Positions 28,051 through 36,631 of a stretch of DNA of 64,000 bases are shown in pieces. Position 1 is the first letter of the stretch. Each line of letters starts with the position of its first letter. Below the pieces are notes generated by a model that ran no database searches, was not told where the DNA came from, and worked only from the letters and a program-made list of their open reading frames with translations. The position numbers were made by a program, and so were the translations under genes. This stretch comes from Minisyncoccia bacterium (GTDB lineage Bacteria; Patescibacteriota; Minisyncoccia; Phycocordibacterales; UBA9973): assembly GCA_039809245.1 (NCBI GenBank), contig JBDHUP010000001.1, forward strand, positions 100,137 through 164,136, in the 5' to 3' direction.

Positions 28051-28527
28051 TTATTTTAATTTCCATTCTATTAAATCGTTATTTTTAGGAACGTAATTTG
28101 AAATACCAGTTGAAGTTTCTTTTTGATTTACATAATACATTAGATATTTCCCGTCTTTTTGATGTAAATCACCTATATCTGTTACAAAAAAACCTAATCC
28201 TTGATAATCTTTACCATTAAAATTTATGTCGCCATTTTTTTTAGCTAACTTTAATAGATCGTATAAAGTTTCTCCCTCTATTAATGGTATTCTCATTTCT
28301 ACACCATTAATTATCAAAAATATTGAACTATTCCCTTTGCTTGTATTAACTGCTATATCTTTACTTAAATTATTATCTAGAGAACTTGTCTTTACGGGTT
28401 GCTGTGTATTTTGAAATTCATCTTCTCTTGTACTTTCTTCACTAATAGATGCTATAAATACAAGTGCTGTTATAAAAATAAAGACGCCAAGACCTATTAT
28501 GTATTTTTTATACAACTTTTTTTTCAT
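28051..28527 (-). CDS. DUF4430-like membrane-anchored protein (similar to the beta-domain of transcobalamin/intrinsic factor)
   Basis: N-terminal TM anchor. C-terminus reads GDINFNGKDYQGLGFFVTDIGDL...KYLMYYVNQKETSTGISNYVPKNNDLIEWK, the characteristic DUF4430 ending. Confidence 0.5.
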   Translation of the reverse strand: MKKKLYKKYIIGLGVFIFITALVFIASISEESTREDEFQNTQQPVKTSSLDNNLSKDIAVNTSKGNSSIFLIINGVEMRIPLIEGETLYDLLKLAKKNGDINFNGKDYQGLGFFVTDIGDLHQKDGKYLMYYVNQKETSTGISNYVPKNNDLIEWKLK

Positions 28528-28539
28528 ATATTTTATTTA

Positions 28540-29109
28540 TTAAATATAATTTGGCTTACTTTCAGAATAACCTTCTTGATAGTTTGCAAAGCGCGCTAGA
28601 GCGTACAGAGCGCTTGATAATCTGTTTAAATAAATAATACTTTCATTATTTATTTTGCGTTCGTTTTTATCTTTTAGAGACACTAGCTGTCTCTCAGTCC
28701 TTCTTGCGATAGTTCTACAGATATCAAGGTAAGCTGAACTTTCTCCGCCACCTGTGATAACAAATGATTTAATCGGTGGTAAGACTGTATCTACTTCATA
28801 AATAACTTTCTCAAGATATAAAATATGTTCTTTTTTTATATGGATGTCAGATCCAGCAAGTTCTGCTTGAATTGAAAATATGTTTTGTTGGAAAATTTCA
28901 ATTATGTCTTGATATTTTATATTTTTTAGATCAACACTTAGGTAATTTTTATATCTTGATGATAATGCTTTCGCATAACCCATAGAAGAATTAAGTTCAT
29001 CTAATGTGCCAAGTACCTCAAAAACAAAAGAACCTTTAGATAATCTAGTCCCTTCCGGGCAATTAAAGAGCTTGGTTGTTCCATTGTCTCCTTTTCTTGT
29101 ATACAACAT
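28540..29109 (-). CDS. PduO-type ATP:cob(I)alamin adenosyltransferase
   Basis: N-terminal YTRKGDNGTTKL motif and a helical-bundle C-terminus (RRTERQLV). Confidence 0.75.
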   Translation of the reverse strand: MLYTRKGDNGTTKLFNCPEGTRLSKGSFVFEVLGTLDELNSSMGYAKALSSRYKNYLSVDLKNIKYQDIIEIFQQNIFSIQAELAGSDIHIKKEHILYLEKVIYEVDTVLPPIKSFVITGGGESSAYLDICRTIARRTERQLVSLKDKNERKINNESIIYLNRLSSALYALARFANYQEGYSESKPNYI

Positions 29110-29114
29110 AAATT

Positions 29115-31397
29115 TTATATTTCACACAACCCCCCTACACATGCAAGTTCACGTTTTGCTTCAGTCTCATCTTCTTTTTCATAAGTGACAATTTTTGAGA
29201 AATCAAGGTGACCGAGACGTTTAATCATTTCCTCATACTTTTCTTTATTTATCGTTTCATATGGGGCAAGCTGATAGACATGATTTGACCTAGGTAAGAA
29301 TGATAACCCTCCAACTAGATCCCAATTTTCATATACCCAGTTCGCAACTTTTAACCATTCTTCATCACCGACTGAAATCGTAACTGAAGGATTATGCTCT
29401 GTATAATGTTCTTTAACTATTTTCCAATGTTCAAGCTGAGTAATAGCGTTAACATCATCTTTACAGATAGCACCTTCTGGAGCTTTCACAGGGAATTCAA
29501 ATACAAATGTTGTCGCGTTTTCAATTGTTTGACCAACTTCGGGAAAATATGGAACCCCTTGATCTTTTAACATTTTAAAAAGTGCATCAGTCGCTGAAAT
29601 TCTTATGCGACGAATATAATACGGAGCATGTCTTGGGTGCATACCAGAAGCACAATCAACAGTCTGGGAAACTGTACCTGATGGTTTTACGCAAGTTATA
29701 CATGTTGAAGTCCCAATACCAAAGCGCTTTGAGTACTTTTTATTAGTCTCTATGGCAACAGCTTTTATTTTCTCTAATACTTTCGGATCGCGAACTGTTT
29801 TACAATCCCACTGTCCAGTTATAGATACACCCAGTAACCTTTCTTGTTCGCAATTCTTTTTCCATTCTTTTGAGAGATAAGGAAAATAGGTCAGAGTTGA
29901 TTGGTAAGTACCTATAATAGTAGCAATGCGAGCTTTTTTTAGTAAAGTCTCCTCAGTGTCATCGGCACGAGCAACAACTTCAGATAAATTACAAAATTGT
30001 TTTGATTGTAAAATTATTTCTCCACAAGGATTTGTCCCCCATGATGGATGTTCATTTTCTTTCCATTGATCAAGTCTTCTTTTTGGCAGAGTTCCAGCAA
30101 GACCACCTCGATTAAATATTCCACGCTCACCACTTCCACTTTTCACTAAGGCAATCCATTCATCCATAAACTCTGTAGTTGATGGTTTTGATGTATAAAC
30201 AGCAGAGTTATTTGCGAGCATTCTCTGACCCTCTGTTACATAGAATTGTCCTTTCTTTGAATCACGAATAGCTTCATCGTCTAAATCAGACAACGATATC
30301 ATAGCACTTCTTCGCACTCCTCCAGCAACTACACATTCACCGATTTTACATATAATATCGTGTGCATCTAGGTTTGAAAGATGTCTTCCAGCTTTTCGTA
30401 TAATGCGTTCCCTCGTAAATGTGAGTAAAGATTCGAGCGGTGCTGGACCTGAACTTTTACCACCCATAGTTTTTAGCCTTGATCCGGCTGGACGAATTTT
30501 AGAATAATCGAAAGTTACATCTTCTCCTTCAAACCAAGTTTTCATCCCAAATGCAAACGCATCAGCCCAACCTTCTTTACTATCCTCAATAATGTAAACT
30601 GGTAACATTTTGCCTGTCTGTTTTAGAATTTGAGGAAGCGCTTGTATGTTCTCGCTCTCAACAGACCAGCCGACACCAGTCCCACACATAGATATATACA
30701 TAACCTCTGCAAAATCTTGGAAGGTTCTAGGGGCGATGAATGAACAGTTATAAGCACACACATTTGTCCTTCTAGCAGCCTTACCAGCAAATTGTAATAA
30801 TCGCATAGAAGGCATTGATTCTTGGTTTAAGATTGCTTCTCTAATGTCTTTGTATTCAACTTCAGTAAGCTTAGTGCCAAGATTATCACGCATGAAATTC
30901 ATATATCGATCGATTGTCTCTATCCATGTCTCCCTGCGTCCTTCTTCAATAATCCATTTAGCATATGTCCTATAATATACAAATTCAGCAAGTGGATTTC
31001 TAAAATATTTTTTACTTTCAGTAACCAATTCTTTTACTTTTTCAGGCACAAAGCCAATTTTTTCTCTCACTATTGAACGTTCTTTCCTGTATAGAATATA
31101 TGCTTTTGCTGTTTTTAGAAAATCCGCAATAATAAGTTCATTTTCAACTATATCTTGAATTGTCTCTACATTCGGAACAAAATCCTTTATGTTTTTTTCT
31201 TTTTTGTATTCAATTAATGCATCTAAAACTTTATACATCAGTTTTTCTGCGGTAATTTCGTCACCTTCTTTTACAGACTGCATAGCACGAAAAATAGCAC
31301 GAGTTATCCTCTTTCCATAAAACGGAACAATTGTACCATCACGTTTCTGAATTTTCTTAAGTACTGAATATTTTTTTGTATCTAATTTATTTTTCAT
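29115..31397 (-). CDS. nrdJ: Adenosylcobalamin-dependent (class II) ribonucleotide reductase
   Basis: 760 aa. NPCGEIIL active-site motif and a C-terminal Cys pair. It is long and has no radical-generating partner subunit nearby. Confidence 0.8.
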   Translation of the reverse strand: MKNKLDTKKYSVLKKIQKRDGTIVPFYGKRITRAIFRAMQSVKEGDEITAEKLMYKVLDALIEYKKEKNIKDFVPNVETIQDIVENELIIADFLKTAKAYILYRKERSIVREKIGFVPEKVKELVTESKKYFRNPLAEFVYYRTYAKWIIEEGRRETWIETIDRYMNFMRDNLGTKLTEVEYKDIREAILNQESMPSMRLLQFAGKAARRTNVCAYNCSFIAPRTFQDFAEVMYISMCGTGVGWSVESENIQALPQILKQTGKMLPVYIIEDSKEGWADAFAFGMKTWFEGEDVTFDYSKIRPAGSRLKTMGGKSSGPAPLESLLTFTRERIIRKAGRHLSNLDAHDIICKIGECVVAGGVRRSAMISLSDLDDEAIRDSKKGQFYVTEGQRMLANNSAVYTSKPSTTEFMDEWIALVKSGSGERGIFNRGGLAGTLPKRRLDQWKENEHPSWGTNPCGEIILQSKQFCNLSEVVARADDTEETLLKKARIATIIGTYQSTLTYFPYLSKEWKKNCEQERLLGVSITGQWDCKTVRDPKVLEKIKAVAIETNKKYSKRFGIGTSTCITCVKPSGTVSQTVDCASGMHPRHAPYYIRRIRISATDALFKMLKDQGVPYFPEVGQTIENATTFVFEFPVKAPEGAICKDDVNAITQLEHWKIVKEHYTEHNPSVTISVGDEEWLKVANWVYENWDLVGGLSFLPRSNHVYQLAPYETINKEKYEEMIKRLGHLDFSKIVTYEKEDETEAKRELACVGGLCEI

Positions 31398-31939
31398 GCT
31401 TGTTTTGGATTAAAAAATCTAATAATTGATTCATTTTCAAATCTTTTATTTTTAATAACAAAATTATAAATTAAAGGAGAGAGAATAAATGCAAATGATA
31501 CATTTCCAATTAAATGGAGAATCGTAAATGGAATCTGCCCTGTAACAGCTTCTATGAATGGTTGGTGAAAAAATAATGGACCAATTGATAGACCTGTTGC
31601 TATGTCATATGCAATTGTTCCGAAAATGGCAAATTTAGCATAATTCCATGAGTTGTTTTTTTTATTTTTAAAATAAATTGCCGCCCAAAAACCTAATAAA
31701 CCGTAAGCACTCGCAGTAATGAATGTCCACACTCCTATGCCTGAAGTAAAAAGATCAAAGAGAATAATTCCTATAAATGAGAATAAGAAGCCAGCTAGTT
31801 TTCCGTATGCTTTTGAGAAAGGCATCTGTGTTGCTAGAATCGGCTCAATGTTTGGCGGACGGAAAGGTATAATCCTAATTAGAAAACATGCAACAAAACC
31901 AATAAGATATTTAAACCAGTTTTTTTTATATGTTTCCAT
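31394..31939 (-). CDS. ECF-transporter S-component-like membrane protein, possibly cobalamin-specific (CbrT-like). The function assignment is inferred from context.
   Basis: 181 aa with 5-6 TM helices. Its stop overlaps the nrdJ start (ATGA). Confidence 0.35.
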   Translation of the reverse strand: METYKKNWFKYLIGFVACFLIRIIPFRPPNIEPILATQMPFSKAYGKLAGFLFSFIGIILFDLFTSGIGVWTFITASAYGLLGFWAAIYFKNKKNNSWNYAKFAIFGTIAYDIATGLSIGPLFFHQPFIEAVTGQIPFTILHLIGNVSFAFILSPLIYNFVIKNKRFENESIIRFFNPKQA

Positions 31940-32124
31940 AGTATTTATTTAATCCACTTGGCAACAATTCAAGTGAAGTGTATAATATTGATAGTTGCAT
32001 AGTTTCGAAACTACTAAATCAGTATACTCCAGTTTTGAAAACTTCTGCAACAGTGGATAACTTAATTAAAAGGATGGGGGGTCGACAAATTATTATAATT
32101 TATAAATTAATTAATATTTTATAT

Positions 32125-32487
32125 ATGAACAACAACAATCGCGCACTTTGGGCGTTAAAAATAGGAGTTGCAGGTGAATTTATAGGCCATGGGGCCTTAG
32201 CAATTGGAGGAAAGGCTGACTGGGTTGGATGGGTACAAAAGCTTTCTGGTTTAAATCAAACAACATCATTAAATATTATTATTGCAATAGGTATAGTAGA
32301 TGTATTACTTGCTCTTATCGTTTTACTCCGTCCAGTTAAACCATTGTTATTATGGATGGCATTTTGGGGATTTTTCACTGCTATTTTACGCCCAATAGTC
32401 GGGCAATCAATATGGGATTTCATAGAGAGATTTGCAAACTGGGGAGCACCACTTGCTTTATACTTCCTAGTAAGTAAAAACGATTAG
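32125..32487 (+). CDS. Small polytopic membrane protein. The likely start is the internal Met of ORF 31978..32487.
   Basis: Reads MNNNNRALWALKIGVAGEFIGHGALAIGG... with 3-4 TM helices. The upstream part of the ORF is low-complexity. Confidence 0.35.
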   Translation: MNNNNRALWALKIGVAGEFIGHGALAIGGKADWVGWVQKLSGLNQTTSLNIIIAIGIVDVLLALIVLLRPVKPLLLWMAFWGFFTAILRPIVGQSIWDFIERFANWGAPLALYFLVSKND

Positions 32488-32531
32488 TTAAAGAAATAAC
32501 TTCTTCGCATAAATTCTGATATACTATATTT

Positions 32532-33272
32532 ATGGAAGAAGTAGAAAATCTGAAAGCTGAAAATGAGAAGTTGAAACAGATGAATGCAGTTAAATCTGAC
32601 CTTATTTCAATTTCGGCACACCAGCTTCGTACTTCACTGTCTGCTCTAAAGTGGATTCTAAAAATGTTTATAGATGAGGATATTGGTAAACTCACAAACG
32701 AGCAGTCAAGTTTCGTTCAGAAAGCTTATAATAGTAATGAGAGGATGATCGCTCTTGTAAACAATCTACTTTTGCTAAATCACACAGAAGACACTGCTAT
32801 CCCTTTTAGTTTCAAGAAGGTTGATATTTTGAACTTAGTTGATCAAACTATGTTTGAATTCTCTGGAGAAACAAATAAAAAAAATATCGAGTTAATATTC
32901 CTAAAACCAGAATCTCCCCTGCCTTTAGTAAATTGTGACGAAGATATGATTAGAGTTGTTCTTCAAAATTTAATTGAAAATGCTATAAAATATAGTAACT
33001 CGAATGACAAAGTTTTTGTATCGCTAAAACAAGTTGATGATAATGTACAAATATCAGTCCATGATACTGGTATAGGTATCAGTGAAGATGATAAAAATAA
33101 TATCTTCAAAAAGTTCTTCCGAGCTTCAAATGCTAAAGAAAAAGACAGTGTAGGGTCAGGGTTAGGCCTGTTTACAACCCACAATATAGTGGAAAGGCAT
33201 AAAGGTAAGATATGGTTTGAGAATACAAATGGAGGTGGGACAACCTTCTTCGTCACATTGCCTATAATATAA
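32532..33272 (+). CDS. Cytoplasmic sensor histidine kinase (HisKA + HATPase_c), no TM segments
   Basis: H-box SAHQLRTSLSAL. N-box LIENAIKYS. G-boxes DTGIGI and GSGLGL. Confidence 0.85.
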   Translation: MEEVENLKAENEKLKQMNAVKSDLISISAHQLRTSLSALKWILKMFIDEDIGKLTNEQSSFVQKAYNSNERMIALVNNLLLLNHTEDTAIPFSFKKVDILNLVDQTMFEFSGETNKKNIELIFLKPESPLPLVNCDEDMIRVVLQNLIENAIKYSNSNDKVFVSLKQVDDNVQISVHDTGIGISEDDKNNIFKKFFRASNAKEKDSVGSGLGLFTTHNIVERHKGKIWFENTNGGGTTFFVTLPII

Positions 33273-33293
33273 TCGCTATGGTACAATAACCCA

Positions 33294-33659
33294 ATGAGAA
33301 AAATACTAATAATAGAAGATGATAGTTTCTTGCAAGGTCTTGAGGCTGGCAAATTAAAGAAAGATAACTATGATATCCTAACTGCTTCTACCGGAGATGA
33401 GGGAATGGAAAAAATTAACGAACCTGGTATTGATCTTATTCTTCTAGATCTTATTCTTCCTAAATTTGACGGATTCGAAATATTAAAAAAAGTTAGAGAA
33501 ACAGAATCATTGAAAAAAGTCCCGGTCATCGTATTCTCCAACCTTTCAGAAGATAAAGATATAAAAAGAGCTGAAGAATTAGGAGCTACAGATTTCATGG
33601 TTAAGTCAAATTTCACCCTAGACGAACTAGTAGAACATATAAACAAGATCTTGAAATAA
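33294..33659 (+). CDS. Stand-alone CheY-like response-regulator receiver
   Basis: KILIIEDDSFL...DLILLDLILPKFDGFEI... Confidence 0.85.
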   Translation: MRKILIIEDDSFLQGLEAGKLKKDNYDILTASTGDEGMEKINEPGIDLILLDLILPKFDGFEILKKVRETESLKKVPVIVFSNLSEDKDIKRAEELGATDFMVKSNFTLDELVEHINKILK

Positions 33660-33785
33660 CTCAGTAAAATCTGAGTTATTTCTTTGCGTGCTATAATCAA
33701 AGAATGGCAGAGATTACAAAACGAGAAAAAACTAGAGCGATAATTTTACTTTTAATATTAGTAGCCATAGGTGGTGTAATCCTAT

Positions 33786-35972
33786 ATGGAACTCCACGAT
33801 AGTATAGAGAAATGGTTTAGAATTGATCAAAACCAAAGAAGAGCTTTAGCTCGACTTGGGCTTTTTACGGTACAAGATCTACTCTACCACTTTCCAACTC
33901 GTTACACTGATATATCTAACATCAAATCAATAGGGGAATTAGAAGAAGGAGAAACAGCTACTGTCTTAGGAACAATATCTAAATTAAAAACAAAGAAGGG
34001 GTTCAAGAGTAAAATCCCTATGGGTCAGGCAACCTTATCTGACCTAACCGGTACCATAAACATAGTCTGGTTTCACCAGCCATACTTAGCAAAAATGCTA
34101 AAAGAAGGTAATACTGTTCGTGTAACTGGTAAAATTTCAAACAGTAAAACCTATGGCCTAACTCTTACGAATCCAGAAATACAAAAGGAGGATATATTAC
34201 CAATAGATATACATGATTCATTATTCGCTAAAGATAGCGAAAAGAAACAAAACTTTGGTTTCCCTGTATACAGAGAATCAAAAGGTATTACATCACTATG
34301 GATTCATCATTCAATTCAAAAGATATTAAAACAGGATTGTGTGAAAAAAGTAGAAGATTATATACCTAGTAATATTATAAAGAAATATGGTTTACCAGCC
34401 CTCCATACCGCTCTTATTTGGATTCATATGCCACAAAAGAAAGAGCATGCTGAATTTGCTCGTAAACGTTTTGCTTTTGAAGAAGTATTCTTCATCCAGC
34501 TCAAAAGACAACAAGAGCGTAAAGAATATGAGTCATTATTCTCATATAAACTAACAATTCCAGAGAAAGATATTAAAGATTTTATTTCTAGATTTCCTTT
34601 CACTCCTACAAAAGCACAGAGTGGTGCACTAAGAGCAATCCTAGATGATCTTAAACGAGATAAACCGATGTCGCGCCTTGTTGAAGGAGATGTAGGGAGT
34701 GGAAAAACCTTTGTCGCCGCAACTGTAGCATATGCAGTCATTAAAAATAGGCCAGTTGGTCAGAATTTCGGAAACTTGCAAGTCGCTTATATGGCACCAA
34801 CTGAAGTACTAGCTACTCAACTGTTTGAAAACTTTATTTCTTACTTTGAACATACTGGTATATCAATAGCTCTTATCACAGGCTCAGGTTGTCGTAAATA
34901 TCCAAGCAAAAGTGCCCACTGGGAAAATGGAAAGCAAGTCAAAACCTGGACTCCAATATCTCGTAATCAACTACTTAAATGGGTTAAGAATGGTGAGATT
35001 CCAATTGTTATTGGTACTCACGCTCTAATATCTAAAAATGTAGAGTTCGAAGATTTGGGATTGGTCGTAATAGATGAACAACACAGATTCGGAACAAATC
35101 AACGAATGAAATTAGCAAAGAAGGAAGGTCACGCTCCTCATTACCTTTCTATGACTGCAACACCTATTCCCCGTACACTTGCACTGACTATTTATGGAGA
35201 TCTAGATTTATCTATCATCGACCAAATGCCAGCTGGTAGGAAGGACGTTATCACAAAGATAGTCGCACCAGATAAACGCGAAGATGCATATGAAGCAATT
35301 CATAGTGAATTAGAACAAGGTCGCCAAGCCTATATTATCTGTCCAAGAATAGATGAACCAGATCCAGATCGCGAACAATCTGTGATTGCTAAGTCTGTCA
35401 TCGCTGAAGCAAAACGCCTAGCTAAAGATGTATTCCCTAAATATAGAATTGGGGTAATGCACTCTAAAATGACAAAACAGAAGAAGGAAGATATTATGCA
35501 AGAATTCAAAGACCATGAGCTCGATATACTAGTATCTACTTCTGTTATCGAAGTCGGAGTAAATGTGCCAAATGCTACATCTATAATCATAGAAGGTGCG
35601 GAGCGTTTTGGCCTTGCCCAACTTCATCAGTTACGCGGCCGAGTTATACGAAGCAACCATCAATCATACTGCTATCTATTTGCCGATGCGAAAACTGATA
35701 AGACAGTTGATAGACTAAAAGCCTTAGTAAAAGCTGCAAATGGATTTGAGCTCGCTGAGCTTGATCTTACTCTTCGCGGTGCAGGGCTTCTATCTGGCGA
35801 TAAACAATGGGGCATTACAGATCTAGGAATGGAAGCCATTAAAAATATCAAGATGGTAGAAGCTGCTCGAACAGAAGCTTTGGCTCTAATAGAAAAAGAC
35901 CAGGATCTTTCTGGCCTCCCTCTCCTTGCACAAGCACTCTCTTCTAAAAATCTAGATTTACATTTTGAGTAA
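33786..35972 (+). CDS. recG: ATP-dependent DNA helicase RecG
   Basis: 728 aa. Wedge domain, Walker A GDVGSGKT, DEQH box, helicase C-terminal motifs. Confidence 0.9.
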   Translation: MELHDSIEKWFRIDQNQRRALARLGLFTVQDLLYHFPTRYTDISNIKSIGELEEGETATVLGTISKLKTKKGFKSKIPMGQATLSDLTGTINIVWFHQPYLAKMLKEGNTVRVTGKISNSKTYGLTLTNPEIQKEDILPIDIHDSLFAKDSEKKQNFGFPVYRESKGITSLWIHHSIQKILKQDCVKKVEDYIPSNIIKKYGLPALHTALIWIHMPQKKEHAEFARKRFAFEEVFFIQLKRQQERKEYESLFSYKLTIPEKDIKDFISRFPFTPTKAQSGALRAILDDLKRDKPMSRLVEGDVGSGKTFVAATVAYAVIKNRPVGQNFGNLQVAYMAPTEVLATQLFENFISYFEHTGISIALITGSGCRKYPSKSAHWENGKQVKTWTPISRNQLLKWVKNGEIPIVIGTHALISKNVEFEDLGLVVIDEQHRFGTNQRMKLAKKEGHAPHYLSMTATPIPRTLALTIYGDLDLSIIDQMPAGRKDVITKIVAPDKREDAYEAIHSELEQGRQAYIICPRIDEPDPDREQSVIAKSVIAEAKRLAKDVFPKYRIGVMHSKMTKQKKEDIMQEFKDHELDILVSTSVIEVGVNVPNATSIIIEGAERFGLAQLHQLRGRVIRSNHQSYCYLFADAKTDKTVDRLKALVKAANGFELAELDLTLRGAGLLSGDKQWGITDLGMEAIKNIKMVEAARTEALALIEKDQDLSGLPLLAQALSSKNLDLHFE

Positions 35973-35973
35973 A

Positions 35974-35998
35974 AAAACTCCATTAAAATAATGGAGTT
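35974..35998. terminator. Bidirectional terminator hairpin between recG and the ORF92 gene
   Basis: actccatt/aatggagt inverted repeat with an AAAAT loop, flanked by A/T runs. Confidence 0.55.
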
Positions 35999-36015
35999 GT
36001 GTTGAATAAAAGATA

Positions 36016-36294
36016 TTATATAATTTTATAGATATTACTGAACGGTAGTGCTGTTACAAGCTTATTGGTTTTACGATTTTTAACTACTAAAACCCAATTA
36101 CGGTGGATAATTAATAGACCTATAAATGTATTCTCGGCATCTTTTTTTAATACTTTAACAGATTTTTTACATAATTCTATATATTTTTTATATGTAATAT
36201 TGATATCATATCTTTCATTGAGTCTTTCATTAAAGTGATAGTAAGAACTTTTCCACTCATTTTCTATGAGTTGTTCTTTTGTTAAAAAGATCAT
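36016..36294 (-). CDS. Hypothetical protein (92 aa)
   Basis: ORF only. Confidence 0.3.
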   Translation of the reverse strand: MIFLTKEQLIENEWKSSYYHFNERLNERYDINITYKKYIELCKKSVKVLKKDAENTFIGLLIIHRNWVLVVKNRKTNKLVTALPFSNIYKII

Positions 36295-36459
36295 TATTAT
36301 TAGTTTTAGATTTTAAAAATTAACCTTATTTTTAGACTATCTATTAAACAAGTTATTGTCAATCAAAATTGTCATCACAAATAATTCCGCACCGTCGTTA
36401 CGGAATTTTTGCGATCCCGGCTCGCAATTTTTCCTACTGGAAAAATAATGCTCCGCCCT

Positions 36460-36509
36460 GGACTACATAGAAAAAGGAGTACGCAGATACTCCTTTTTCT
36501 ATGTAGTCC
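36460..36509. repeat. 50-bp perfect palindrome (22-bp arms, 6-nt loop) abutting the 3' end of tRNA-Ile. A terminator or a MITE-like insertion.
   Basis: ggactacatagaaaaaggagta cgcaga tactcctttttctatgtagtcc. Flanked by tccgccct / tccaccct. Confidence 0.6.
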
Positions 36510-36580
36510 ACCCTCTTGGATTCGAACCAAGGACCCCAGAGGTATAAGCTCTGTGCTCTAACCAACTGAGCTAAGGGTGG
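36507..36580 (-). tRNA. tRNA-Ile (anticodon UAU, reads AUA)
   Basis: Reverse complement is CCACCCTTAGCTCAGTTGGTTAGAGCACAGAGCTTATACCTCTGGGGTCCTTGGTTCGAATCCAAGAGGGTGGA. Anticodon loop is CTTATAC. Confidence 0.75.
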
Positions 36581-36631
36581 AAATATGGTTAGCTATGAAC
36601 TTCTACATACTAACCAAATTTTGCTTATTTG

